A stretch of 34,660 bases of DNA from Rhizaria sp. SCN 62-66 (Eukaryota): assembly GCA_001724265.1 (NCBI GenBank), contig MEDY01000087.1:124001-158660 (forward strand), given 5' to 3'. Positions 1-10,142 of this stretch are shown here, in pieces (the stretch's first letter is position 1; every line of letters starts with the position of its first letter). Both the position numbers and the translations under genes were made by a program. Below the pieces are notes generated by a model that ran no database searches, was not told the DNA's origin, and saw nothing but the letters and a program-made list of their open reading frames with translations.

Positions 1-1641
1 GGGCCCGCCAGCGCAAACGGCATCAACGCCGCCGGGTCGCGGCTCAACTTCCCCGCATGGGTCGCGGACCTCACTGGCGGCCTGACTAAAAGCGCCCGCT
101 TCTCGACGCTGACCCCGATAGAGGAAGGCTCCGACCTGGAGGCGACCGTGGCCGCCACGGCCGCCTCGTCGCCATTCTTCTCCCCCAAGAGTGCGTCCGC
201 GGCAGGGAGCAAGCGTGTGCCGCCTGCGGTGATCCTGATTGCGGGAGACATCCATCTCGCTGAGCTGTCGCACACCGAAGTGCCCTTTGTGACCCCCGTC
301 GGAACTTTCGACTCCGATCTGGCGACCGGCATGAGCTCCGCCCCCTCGGGCGCCCCCGCCGGCGCCGCCACCAACGCCGCCGAGGCCGCCGTGCTCTGGT
401 CGCTGCCGGCCTTCGAGCTGACCACCTCGGGCATGACGCACGCGTGGGGGTACTCGGGCTCGCAGGGCCACCCGGCCGACTCACTCATGCACAAGGCTGT
501 CACGGCCGCGTTCCCCCACGTCATGAACTCGCACGTGACGGCGCTGGCCCCCGGCGCGGCGCACGCGCGCGGCGCGGTGGCCAAGGCGGCCACGGTGGCG
601 GCCATGACGCTCGCGCGCACGCTGCACCGCCTCGCGCTGGGCGCCATGGAGCGCGCGCGCGTGACGCGCACGGTGCCCGCGCCGCCCGCGCCCGGCGGCT
701 GCCCCGTGGCCGCGACGGTGACCGAGTTCGTGCGCGTCATGGCGCTGCTCAAGGGCACGGCGACGCTGCCGATCGCGCAGATGCCCGAGCAGGGCATCTC
801 GCAGGTCGCTCTGTGGGCCTGCCACCACGCCGACCAGGTGCGCCGCGCGGCCGAGCAGTGGCTGCTTGAGCAGAGCACGCAGTACATGGGGCTCAACTAC
901 GCCACCGTGGACCTGGTGTGGGGCGCTGAGGACGCCGCGGCCACCGCGCGCGCGCACTCGCCCGCCGGCACCGCGGCGGCGGGGCTATCCGGCCTAGAGC
1001 TGCCAGCGGGCATCGCGCCGGTGCGCTGCCCCTGGTTCCTGTCCGCGGCCGAGGAGGGCGAGAGTAGCGCCGTCGTCGCCGTGCGCGACGCGTCGTCGGG
1101 CGAGCCCGTCGTCGTGACGCCGCTGCCCTTCTCCTTCCTGCGCCCGCGCCCCGTCGCCGTCGTCGCCCCCAAGGCCGCCAAGACCAGCGCTGAGAAGACC
1201 TCTCCTGCTCACGGTCACGGCGAGGGTCTCCCGGTGGTTGTCGGTCTGGCCAGCGCGGCGGGCGCAGACCCGGCGGCTCTGACCCGCGCGGCCGCGTCCG
1301 CCGCTGCCATCGCACTCGAGGAGGCGACCCTGCGGCTCGTCCGGCCCGCCAAGATCACCGCCGGCACGGTGCTTATGATCGCCGTCCCGCTGCTCGGGCT
1401 CCTCGTGGCAGTAATCCTTCTCGTCAGGACGCTCGCCAAGCTGCTGTGCTGCTGTTGCTGCCGTAGTCGCCAGTCGAGCGGCCAGAGTGACAAGAGCGGT
1501 AAGAGCGGCGAGAAGGTCGAGAAGGCCGGGAGGGGGCGCGACACCCGTGACGCCCGCGGCGGCCCGACCGGCGTTGGCAGTAGCTCCGTCGCCGTGAACG
1601 GTAGCAGCACCAATGACGAGGGCTTGCGCAAGCGCAACTGA
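1..1641 (+). CDS. PhoD-like (alkaline phosphatase D family) metallophosphatase, 5'-truncated, with C-terminal TM helix and Cys cluster
   Basis: Frame 1 is open from base 1 to TGA at 1639-1641. Motifs match the C-terminal half of eukaryotic PhoD-like proteins in order: VILIAGDIH (GDIH 244-255), FELTTSGMTH (~412-441), NYATVDLVW (895-921). These are followed by the hydrophobic VLMIAVPLLGLLVAVILLV and CCCCC (1447-1461). Confidence 0.75.
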   Translation, partial: GPASANGINAAGSRLNFPAWVADLTGGLTKSARFSTLTPIEEGSDLEATVAATAASSPFFSPKSASAAGSKRVPPAVILIAGDIHLAELSHTEVPFVTPVGTFDSDLATGMSSAPSGAPAGAATNAAEAAVLWSLPAFELTTSGMTHAWGYSGSQGHPADSLMHKAVTAAFPHVMNSHVTALAPGAAHARGAVAKAATVAAMTLARTLHRLALGAMERARVTRTVPAPPAPGGCPVAATVTEFVRVMALLKGTATLPIAQMPEQGISQVALWACHHADQVRRAAEQWLLEQSTQYMGLNYATVDLVWGAEDAAATARAHSPAGTAAAGLSGLELPAGIAPVRCPWFLSAAEEGESSAVVAVRDASSGEPVVVTPLPFSFLRPRPVAVVAPKAAKTSAEKTSPAHGHGEGLPVVVGLASAAGADPAALTRAAASAAAIALEEATLRLVRPAKITAGTVLMIAVPLLGLLVAVILLVRTLAKLLCCCCCRSRQSSGQSDKSGKSGEKVEKAGRGRDTRDARGGPTGVGSSSVAVNGSSTNDEGLRKRN

Positions 1642-2057
1642 GCAAGCGCTGGCACGCTGTGAACACCGTGTGCGTGGATGGTCAACATAAACGCGCGACT
1701 GAGCTTGTGTTCTGTTACATATAATTAATGATATATGTGCTTGTCTGAAGGCACCTGAATTGAACTGTGATAATTCGCAATGTAAACATCAATACAAAAC
1801 TATAAACCTGACGCATGATACATCTTCGTGTTCGCAGACGAAGGGCCCTGCAAGATGAAATCACGTTTGTGTGTATTAATGGTAGTATAAGTCCGCTATA
1901 TACAATGCTAACATAACAGTATCATTGGCCATCATCTCCGAGAAAGTCACCGACACGATCGCATCCTAACACGCGCGATCGCACTGGCACATGGCACTGG
2001 CACCAGCGACGGCGCAGATAGATAGGAAGAAGTAAAGCCGCGTGTGTAAAGTCTCTT

Positions 2058-2190
2058 GCACTCACATTCGTTCACCCACTCTGAAAGCGTATTATTCGTG
2101 GTGAAACACAGCACGCACGCTTGCTCAGTCGTTCACCCAGTCGTTCACTCATTCGCTCAGTCGCTCACCTCATGTTCAGCATGTTCAGTC
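2058..2190. repeat. Degenerate tetranucleotide-like repeat (ACTC/GTTC/ATTC/AGTC) in the PPP4R2 3' flank
   Basis: For example CAGTCGTTCACCCAGTCGTTCACTCATTCGCTCAGTCGCTCAC and the tandem CATGTTCAG x2. Confidence 0.6.
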
Positions 2191-2199
2191 CCCCTGCTC

Positions 2200-3165
2200 T
2201 CAGTCCTCCTCGTCCTTCATCATGCGGCCGCCGCCCTCTGTCCCCGCGGCCCCCGCAGTCGCGCCGGCGACGAGGGTGGGCGTGGCGGAGCGCGGCGTCA
2301 CGCTGCCCGGGTTGGGCCCATACGCCAGCGGGTCGGCGGCCGTGAGCGCCGACTGGGAGAGATAATAGGAGCCGAGGCGCGCGTCCTCAACGTCGTCGTC
2401 ATCAAGAAGCAGCTCGAGCGCGTTGCCGTCGCCGTCGAAGAACACAACCTCCTCCTCGCCGGGCGCGGGCGCGATGGGCACGCCCGCGGGCACGGCGGGT
2501 GCGGCGGCGAGCGCGCCGGGGAAGGAGCCCAGCGGGAGGACGCCGACGGGCACCGCGGTGGGGTCCGCGGGCCGCGCGGTGACGCCGCACACGGACTTGG
2601 AGAAGGCGAGCAAGAACTTGCTCGGGGAGGTGTAGCGGAAGACGGGGACGCGGGGCGGGAGGTGCTGCTGTAGGATGAGCTCACAGAGGCGCTGCGCCGT
2701 GAAGGGCGGCGTGTCCCAGCGGTCGATGATGGAAACGATGCGGCGCGCGCGCGTCTCCCACGGCTCGCCGTCCTCGAGCGGGATCGTCTGGCCGCTCGAG
2801 GCAAGCAGGCCAACAAGGATCGAGTAGAACTCGATGCTGATGAGACGCTTGAGCACGGGCCACTGCGCAGGCGGGAGCTCGCCCGTGAGCGCGCAGCGGT
2901 TCAGCGCGCTCCGGAAGCGCTGAGTGTCCGCCGCCGTCAGGGGCGGCGTCGCATTCACAAAGTCTAGCAGGAATGCAGAATAGCAGGCAACAATGCGCGT
3001 GTGAGAGGGGAGAGGCACGGTTGACGGTAGTAGTGAAAGAGTACAGTGTGCAGGATGAAGATAGGAAGGGGGAAGTGACGTACCTTCGAGCTCTTTGGGC
3101 TCAAATGGGAAAACAGGTGCCGCGAGATCAGACGCGGGCGCCTCGGCGCCAGAATAAGACGACAT
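2200..3165 (-). CDS. PPP4R2: Protein phosphatase 4 regulatory subunit 2-like; exons 3165-3084 and 2963-2200, ~281 aa
   Basis: PPFTAQRLCELIL...Y.SPSKFLLAFSK matches the PPP4R2/Psy4 signature (PPFTxQRLCELL...Y...K.L.A..K). Acidic C-terminal part. ATG at 3165, TGA at 2200-2202. Confidence 0.85.
   Translation of the reverse strand: MSSYSGAEAPASDLAAPVFPFEPKELEGTSLPPSYLHPAHCTLSLLPSTVPLPSHTRIVACYSAFLLDFVNATPPLTAADTQRFRSALNRCALTGELPPAQWPVLKRLISIEFYSILVGLLASSGQTIPLEDGEPWETRARRIVSIIDRWDTPPFTAQRLCELILQQHLPPRVPVFRYTSPSKFLLAFSKSVCGVTARPADPTAVPVGVLPLGSFPGALAAAPAVPAGVPIAPAPGEEEVVFFDGDGNALELLLDDDDVEDARLGSYYLSQSALTAADPLAYGPNPGSVTPRSATPTLVAGATAGAAGTEGGGRMMKDEED
2964..3083 (-). other. Spliceosomal intron of PPP4R2 (120 nt, phase 1, no in-frame stop)
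   Basis: Donor GAAG|GTACGT and pyrimidine-rich acceptor TTCCTGCTAG|AC. GC is lower than in the flanking exon. Splicing gives ...PKELEDFVNAT... Confidence 0.75.
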
Positions 3166-3431
3166 AGATTTGGTCTTAGCTTAAATACCCTTGGTGTGTG
3201 CTAGAAATGCGCTTGTCGGACGCAAAGAGCAGATTGCTTCTTAAAGAAATGGCGCCACGACACCCTCGGCCCCGTGCTCGATCAACCACAAGTCGCATTT
3301 GACTCAGTGAAACTCAAAACAAAGAATATTGCGACCTTGATGCATAGGTAGCAATTAAAATTGTGTTTATTAGAAAGGAAACTATGAAAACTATGTTAAA
3401 AGTTCAGTGTTTTTTAAAAGGCTGTGCGCCC

Positions 3432-6400
3432 TTACTCGGAGAAGAAGACGTCGGGGATGTCGAGGTCCTCCATGTGCGTGTTCTTGGGGAAGTGATCTGT
3501 GAAGGACGACGCCGAGATGTAGAGCTCGTCGAACATCTGCCTGTGCGCGGGGTACACCACCGTGGTGCGCCTGCGCGGGAAGCAGCACCGCAGACAGAGG
3601 CATGCGAGCACGACGCGGCCCAGGAAGGACTTGCGCCACGTGCCCTTGGACGAGGTCGAGGGCATCAGGTGGTAGATGCGGCCGGCCAGCGCCGTGCGCG
3701 CAATGTACCCGGCGTCCTTGGCGTCCGTCACCAGCCCCGGACTCGCCGCGCCGCCCGCGGCGTCGCCCAGAGGGACCGGGACGGCGTCGGAGGTGTTGCG
3801 GCCGTTACCGTTGCGGTCACTACCGTTGCTGCAAGTGCCGCCGCTCTCGTTGCTGTTGTTCATGCGCAGCGCGGCGGCGCTGGTGGCGTAGTCGTAGTGT
3901 GGGTCATACTCGATCGCGCCCATGAACGACTCGTACGAGTCGTTGCGGCCTACCTCGCCCAGCGCGGCGCCGTTCTCGTCAAACTCGCCGTCGTCGCCGT
4001 GGTCGCCAGCGCCTGTGCCCGCGGTGTGGCGGCCGGCGTAGTCGCTGTAGTCGTAGCCCAGCGCGATGGCCTCGGTCATCTCGGTCACCGCCAGCGCCAG
4101 CTCGCGGTCGCTGTCAGTCTCCTCGCTCCTGCCGCCGCCGCGGGGGTTCGGGTGGCTGTGGCCGGTGAGGGTGGAGTAGTTCGGATGGCCGTGGACCGAG
4201 AGACGCGCCTCGGGGACGATCGGACTCACACCGGCGCCCGCACCGGCGCCGGCAGACTGCTGCTCGTGGCTGGGCAACGAAACCATGGCGACCGAGCTAT
4301 TACCACCTGTTGCGCCGCCGCGAGACATCACGGTCACGCCCTTGGGCACGGTGGGGGCGAACTCGGGCGACGTCGCACTCGAAGTCACGCCAGATGCCAC
4401 ACCGGAGCCGGAGCCGGAGCCAGAGCCAGAGGCGATGTCATTGGCGTTACTGTTGTTGTTGCCGTTGGCGCTGAGCGTGCCGCTGCGCGAGCGCGCCATC
4501 TGCTGCTTGGCCTGCGCGCGCCGCAGCTTGGACCGGCTCTGCGCCGTGTCCGCCCGGGGCCGGCCGCTGGCGCCGACGCCGCCGACACCGACGCCGCTGC
4601 CATCCTCGGCCTCGGAATCAGAGACCACGCCGAGCTGGTGGATGTCGCGGGGCGGCGCGGTGAAGAGCGTGTCGTTGAAGCCCTCGTCAAAGCGCCAGTG
4701 CGGCGGGAGGCGGGTGCGGTCGAACATGTCGCCGTGGCGGCGGTCCAGACTCGCGCGGAAGATCTGGAACTTGTTGCCCGCGCACACCTTAAAGGCGTTC
4801 ATGATCTGCTTCTTAAGGCGGAACAGCGCGACGAGCGAGAGCCGCGAGATGAGGTCGTAGCGGTACGAGATGGACGTGACGGCGTCGCGCATCTTCTCCG
4901 CGAGCGCGGGGTCGACGCACAGCGGCGGTGCGAAGGCCACGCATTGCAGCGAAGGGTACTGGCGTGCGAGCAGCACCGTGAGCAGCGTCGCCACGCCCGC
5001 GCCCAGCGAGTGGCCCGTGAGCAGCAGCGACAGCGGCCGGCCCCGCGCCGCGCGGTCGCGCAAAAAGCCGTGCATGGACCAGCCCGAGGCGCCGTCGAGC
5101 TCACGCATGAGCCACTCGGCCGAGACCAGAATGCCCTTGTGCGCGTAGTAGGACGGCGCGCAGGGGATGTAGGCCATGCGCGCGTCCAGGTCCGTCACCG
5201 TGTCGGCGAGCGACATGGTGCCGCGCACGGCGATGACGAGACGGCCTGACTTTTCGTCGACGGCGACGAAGTAGGACACGGTACCGTAGCGCGACTCGAT
5301 GTTAGCGTGCAGGATGTCCTCTGCGCGGAGCCCGGTGTGCGTGAGAAACGCCTTGGCGGAGGAGTTGAGGCACAGCGCATCGCAGCAGCCGGAGCCGTTA
5401 AGCACGCCGCGCGGGAACGTGTAGCCGCAGTCGATGAACCCGCCGGGGCGGCCGCAGCCGAGCCCGCAAGCCTGGCAACCGAAGACGCCGCGGCACGGGT
5501 TGTCGAACACAAAGAGCGGCCAGCCGTACGCGCCCTGTGCGTAGCGCGCGAAGTACTTGGCGAGGCGCACGCGCTCCCAGTCCTCCTCGGCCAGCTCGGG
5601 CTGGCGGCCCGACATGACCTCGTCGACCATCCACTGCTAGTGGCCCAGCGCCTCGGCCTCAGCGCGCGAGAGCGAGAAGCGCGACACGGGCCGGCTGTTG
5701 CTGGTCCCCGCGGGCACAGCCACACTCGCGTCGAAGCCAGTGCGGGCACTGGCGGTCACCGACGCAGAGGCTGTAGTGGCTGATTTAGGAAGGACGGAGA
5801 CGGAGAGGGCGGCGCCGCTGTCGGTGAACGCGGCGCTCTCCGTCTACGCCTCCGTCTGAGCCTGCGACTGCGGCTCGGCGAGCGCGCCGACACTGGCCTT
5901 GTCGACGGTGACCGCGACGGCAGCGTCGGCCTGCACGGCGGAGTTGCGCCACGGCACCGCGACATCGATGCCCGTGCCGGAAACCGTGGGCAGGTCGAAG
6001 TTCCCCGACTGCGTCATATCGCCCTTCGCAGCGCCCGCGTCGGCGGACTCGGCCGCGGCGGACTCGGCCGAGGCCGGGAGGGGCACGACGCCGGTGCGGC
6101 CGCGCGTGGCGGCCCCCGCGGCGCGCTCGCGGTCGCCCGCGCTTTCGGCCGCGCGCTGCGCCTGCTCGCGCAGCCCCGCCGCGCGCTGCGCCTCGTGCCC
6201 GTCGCCAGCCCCGCGCTCCGCGGACGCCGCCGCGGCGGCAGACGCGCTGGCCGCGGCCGACGACAGCGCCGCCGCGGCGGACTCGGCGGTCGTTCCCGCT
6301 CCAGCAGCCGGCCCACCGGCGGCGCCCGCTGCGAGCGACTCGGGGGCGTTGATTGTCGCGACGGGCAGCGGCGACGTCGCCAGTGTGCGCGGCGGCGGCG

Positions 6401-8746
6401 GCGGCGGCGGCAGCAGCGTCTCGATCGGCCGGTTGGTCCGCGTGATCAGCCGCAGCATGGTCCGCCGCGCGCGCGTCAGAGCGCTCTCGCCCTCCCCGTC
6501 CAGCGCGTCTGCAGCAGCGCCCGCGCCGGCCGCGGTGCTGCCCTGCTGCTGCAAGAGCGTACGACGCTCCTCCTGGTCCACAGGGGCGTCTTCATACGCA
6601 GTGGCCAACGCGGCCGCGGCGGCGCGGGCGCGAGTGCCGTCCCAGCGCGTGCGCTTGTCCGCGATGAAGAACTGGTGGCCGGCCTTGGTGGCCTGGCGCT
6701 GCGCCGCCTGCACGAGCAGCAGCCCTACGGCGACGTCCGACGGCACCATGCGCGCGTCCTCGTCGCCGTTAGTGAAGAGCTCAGCGATCACCGGCGCGAG
6801 GGAGTCGTACACGCCCGACGCGTTGTCGTCAGAATAACAACAAAAGACCTTGCGGAGGCGGCGCGCCCACGTGTCCTGGCTCGTGCGGTTGCGCTTGGCG
6901 GGCGCGGCGAGGTAGAATGAGCACGCGGTGAGGCAGAGCGTGAGGATGGTGCTCGTCCACGCTAGCCCGAAGAGCGCGATCACGATATTGCGGATGTGGT
7001 AGAACAGCGCGTGCGGCGCGACAAAGCAATCCTCCTGCAGCTGCGCGATGGCGTAGGAGGAGAAGACCGTGATGCCGAGGAGTACTGCGAGGAAAAAGAT
7101 GCGGCAGTACATGAGCCCCACCATGGCGCGGTTGCGGCGGAACATGTTGCTCTTGAGCGCGGCGATGATGACTGCGGTGTCGAGCGCGACGTGCGCGGAC
7201 CAGAGACAGATGTGGGCCAGCACCATGGCGCGCAGCAGGTCCATGTCGGTGACCGTGCACGCGGGCGAGTCGGCCGAGGACGGGCTCGCCGAGTGGTCGT
7301 CCTAGAAAATATAGAGAATACACATTAAGGCATGGATATGTGAGTAATTGTGCTTCTTTTTTAGACAGAAGAAGCACATATATTCAATGTCATAATTGAG
7401 TCCAGAATATAATATCATATGGAGAACAAAGCACACCGATAAAAGATATCTTTGTTAAACGTAAAACCTGCTGTCACTCCTCGTCAGCGACCTCGACGTA
7501 CCTGGTAGATGAGGCCGCGCGCGGTGGCGGCCAGCACGAGCATGACGACGGACCAAAGCAGCGAGCACACACCCGGGCAGACCATGTCCTCGCTGCCCAG
7601 GTACCAGTTGCGGCGGAAAAGTTTGAAGCTGCTCTGCGGCATGCGGGGCGCGATGTCATCGAAAGTCACGTCGTTGTGCAGCGAGCCAGTGAACGAGGCC
7701 GCCGTCTTGGCCTTGCGTATGCTGCTACCGGCGCTGCCGGAGCGCGGGGTAGCGACGCTCACGCCGCGGCGCGACGGCGTCATCGCTGACGCCGAGCGAC
7801 CGTGAGAAGAGTGACCGTGAGCGGTGCCAGTCGCGCCAGAGAGAGACGACGAAGACAGAGACACGGTGGTGGACGCTGTGGGGGCGTTGGGCGCGGGGAC
7901 GGGGTCGTGGTCAGAGTGCTGGTAAGACGCACCTGCAGCAGCACCTCCAGCCGCACTCGCGCCCGCCTGGGAGTCCGCGTGTGCGCCTGAGTTGGTGTCG
8001 CCATGCTCTGCTCTGCTGTTGCCGCGATTGGCGTCACTGCCGCTCGCGCCGTCGTCGCTCTGCGGACTCGCGGCGACCGCGGCGGGGTAGTCGCTGCTGT
8101 CCGAGCCCAGCAGCGGCGTGTTGAGCTGCTGCCCCGCAGCCACGCCAGAGCCAGTGCCCGCACGGCCACGGCGTCGGCCGCTTAACTGGCGCTCGATCCC
8201 GGGGGCAGAGATCGCGGCGGCGCCGGCGGGGGTGGCGGAGAGCGGGCCGGCGGGGCCCAAGTCGGAGTTGCCGCTGCCCTCTCTGCTGTCCACGACAAAG
8301 GTGTCGTAGCGGCTGCCCTGAGGCGGCGGCGGGGTCATGCCGGTTGCACCGTAGTCGGCGGGGGCGCGGTGCGACGCCGAGACAGACGCAAGCGGGGAGC
8401 CGGCGTCCGGCCGCGTGGAGCGACGAGCGGAGTCGGGGTCATCTGTGAGAGACAGCACTGCCGCGATCGACGCGAACGCGCGGGGCGGCACGGGCGGGCC
8501 GTGCAGCAGACCGGCGGCAGCAGCCGGGACAGCAGCAGCCGCAGCGGCGGCGGCGGTGGGGCGGCGGGCGGCGGACGGGGAGTTGCGGGGGCAGCGCGCG
8601 AGGCCGTCGTTGTCGTCGTCGCGGAGACCGTGATCGCCGTTGTCGCCGTCGTGCTCATGCTCAAACGCGTCTGCAGTCAGGGACTGTGAAAGGGCATTGG
8701 GGAGCAGCGAGGCAATGTCCTCGGCAGGGTGCGCGAAGGGAGGCAT
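3432..8746 (-). CDS. DAGL: sn1-specific diacylglycerol lipase (DAGL alpha/beta-like, lipase class 3); exons 8746-7502 and 7301-3432; two in-frame TAG codons; ~1704 codons if read through
   Basis: DAGL N-terminal motif MP...FRRNWYLGSEDMVCP (ATG 7642), about four TM helices, VPSDVAVGLLL, A.Y..AYGWP, VIAVRGTMSLADTVTDL, HKG, nucleophile elbow TGHSLGAG (~4995-5019), DLISRLS and terminal DHFP. The three ORF-track pieces join via one intron and one continuous frame with TAGs at 5844-5846 and 5637-5639. Ends in TAA. The start at 8746 is inferred. Confidence 0.85.
7302..7501 (-). other. Spliceosomal intron of the DAGL-like gene (200 nt, phase 0)
   Basis: Donor CAG|GTACGT, AT-rich body, CTTAAT branch-like site and acceptor TATTTTCTAG|GAC. 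Joins ...GLIYQ to DDHSASP...MDLLR in frame. Confidence 0.9.
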
Positions 8747-10142
8747 GGCGCGGGTGAGGCGCGAGCGCGGGGAGAGAACCGGGGCGGTAGCGCGTTGAGG
8801 GCTCGGTTGGGAGGAGAGGTTACGGAAACTAAGATACGGAAGGGAAGAACAAGATTGGCGGAGTGCCTTGAGATATATGCTAATAAAGACAATTATTAGA
8901 TAGTAATTTTTGAGTGGCAGTTTGATTGGACGCTCGAGATCCTGTGAATTTGTTGTGTGAAGAACTGAAGACGACACTTCACACGTCGAAGGGTGGACTG
9001 ACGCGTTTTGCGCAAGAAGACATGTGAACAGAGTATTCCTGACAAAAAAAATAACAATAAAGAGAAGGATAGATCGCATTCAGCATGGATAACACATCAC
9101 ATCTGATCATTCTATTCTCTATCTTCACTTGCAGGCATTCTTCGTTAGCAGCCACAAGCTCGCGCACTCGGGCACTTGGTTGTTGTCGCTCTCAGGCAAT
9201 AACAAGACGGTGGATTAATGATAATATCCCCGAGTGAATAAAATCGATTTGACACGATGATTACATGTGTTGGTTTATTGTGTAATTCGTTGTTTTGACT
9301 TGAATCATGCACATACCACTTGTTTGCCACCTTGAAATGTGACAGAAAGACGACGGCACTCAAGCGTCGTGTGAACTCTCTTCGAGCTGTCATGGCGCGA
9401 TATGAGAGCGCCGGAAGCTCTTCAGCAACTTTAAGCTCGTACCTGCCATTTAATTCGGAATACTTGCGCGGTATTTCGACCAAACCTCATTAGTGCCTGA
9501 CTTGAATCCCGTATATGAATGTTCGCTCTGTCGCACATGGTTGGTTGTCGTTGAAACATGCCTGCGAATACGTTCCAACAAGGTTCTGACATGACACGGA
9601 CTGCGCGACGTATAGTGATCCAAGCAGAACAAGCATGTTGAGCAGCAAGAGCAACCGGCAAGTTGATTATGACTCCTCTGATGTCTCTACTAGACTACGG
9701 AAGTCGGGCTTAAGACGAGGGCTGCGTTGGCATTGAGAAACACTGATGAACAAAATGGTGTCCTCCGACAGTATCGCAAATGTATAATATAATATTGCCA
9801 CTTTTAAACCTGAACTTCGAGCGACATTGCAATCAGACGTCGTTATACCTGTGAACGTGTTTGTTTTGCTGATGATGTCACAGTTGCACAGGTCGCCCAC
9901 GAGGCTGACAGAGCCTTGGGTGAAGACGCTGACGCAGCATTGGTATTCTCCACACATATTCGTTAAATAGGCATATTGTAGTGATAACACAATGTAAACA
10001 TGAGTACCACCTATTATTATATTTTTTTACTGCAAGAGGGCTTGATCTTCACCGTCAATTATGCATAAATCTTATCCTCCTTCGTCACTTCGCGATATCT
10101 CGACGCTTCTCTCCCTTGCCCGCGCTCCACAGCGGCTCCCCC
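8747..10142. promoter_or_regulatory. Divergent intergenic region between DAGL-like and SLC35B1 genes
   Basis: AT-richer 1.4-kb spacer between two head-to-head start codons; no convincing CDS. Confidence 0.4.

Noticed and set aside
3363-5249. 628-aa plus-strand ORF (and other long antisense ORFs such as 18545-20377, 12366-13409, 25426-26559)
   Set aside because: These shadow real genes on the opposite strand. High GC and codon bias suppress stops, and the translations have no recognisable motifs.
5634-5847. A GT-AG intron removing both TAG codons in the DAGL-like gene
   Set aside because: The GC|GTAGAC donor is phase 2 while the TAG/CAG acceptors are phase 0. The nearest GTACG (6558-6562) is phase 1 with no matching acceptor. 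The segment is GC-rich, open in frame and lacks a polypyrimidine tract. It is not formally excluded without RNA data.
3432-7244. Two separate genes (466 aa and 732 aa) as in the ORF track
   Set aside because: They are the TM and catalytic halves of one DAGL family protein, in the same frame, with no AT-rich spacer like those between all other genes here.
8747-10142. Short ORFs in the spacer and the upstream extensions of ORFs 7484-9079 and 9981-11336
   Set aside because: AT-rich, lacking host codon bias or motifs, and often with non-ATG starts; treated as UTR or intergenic.
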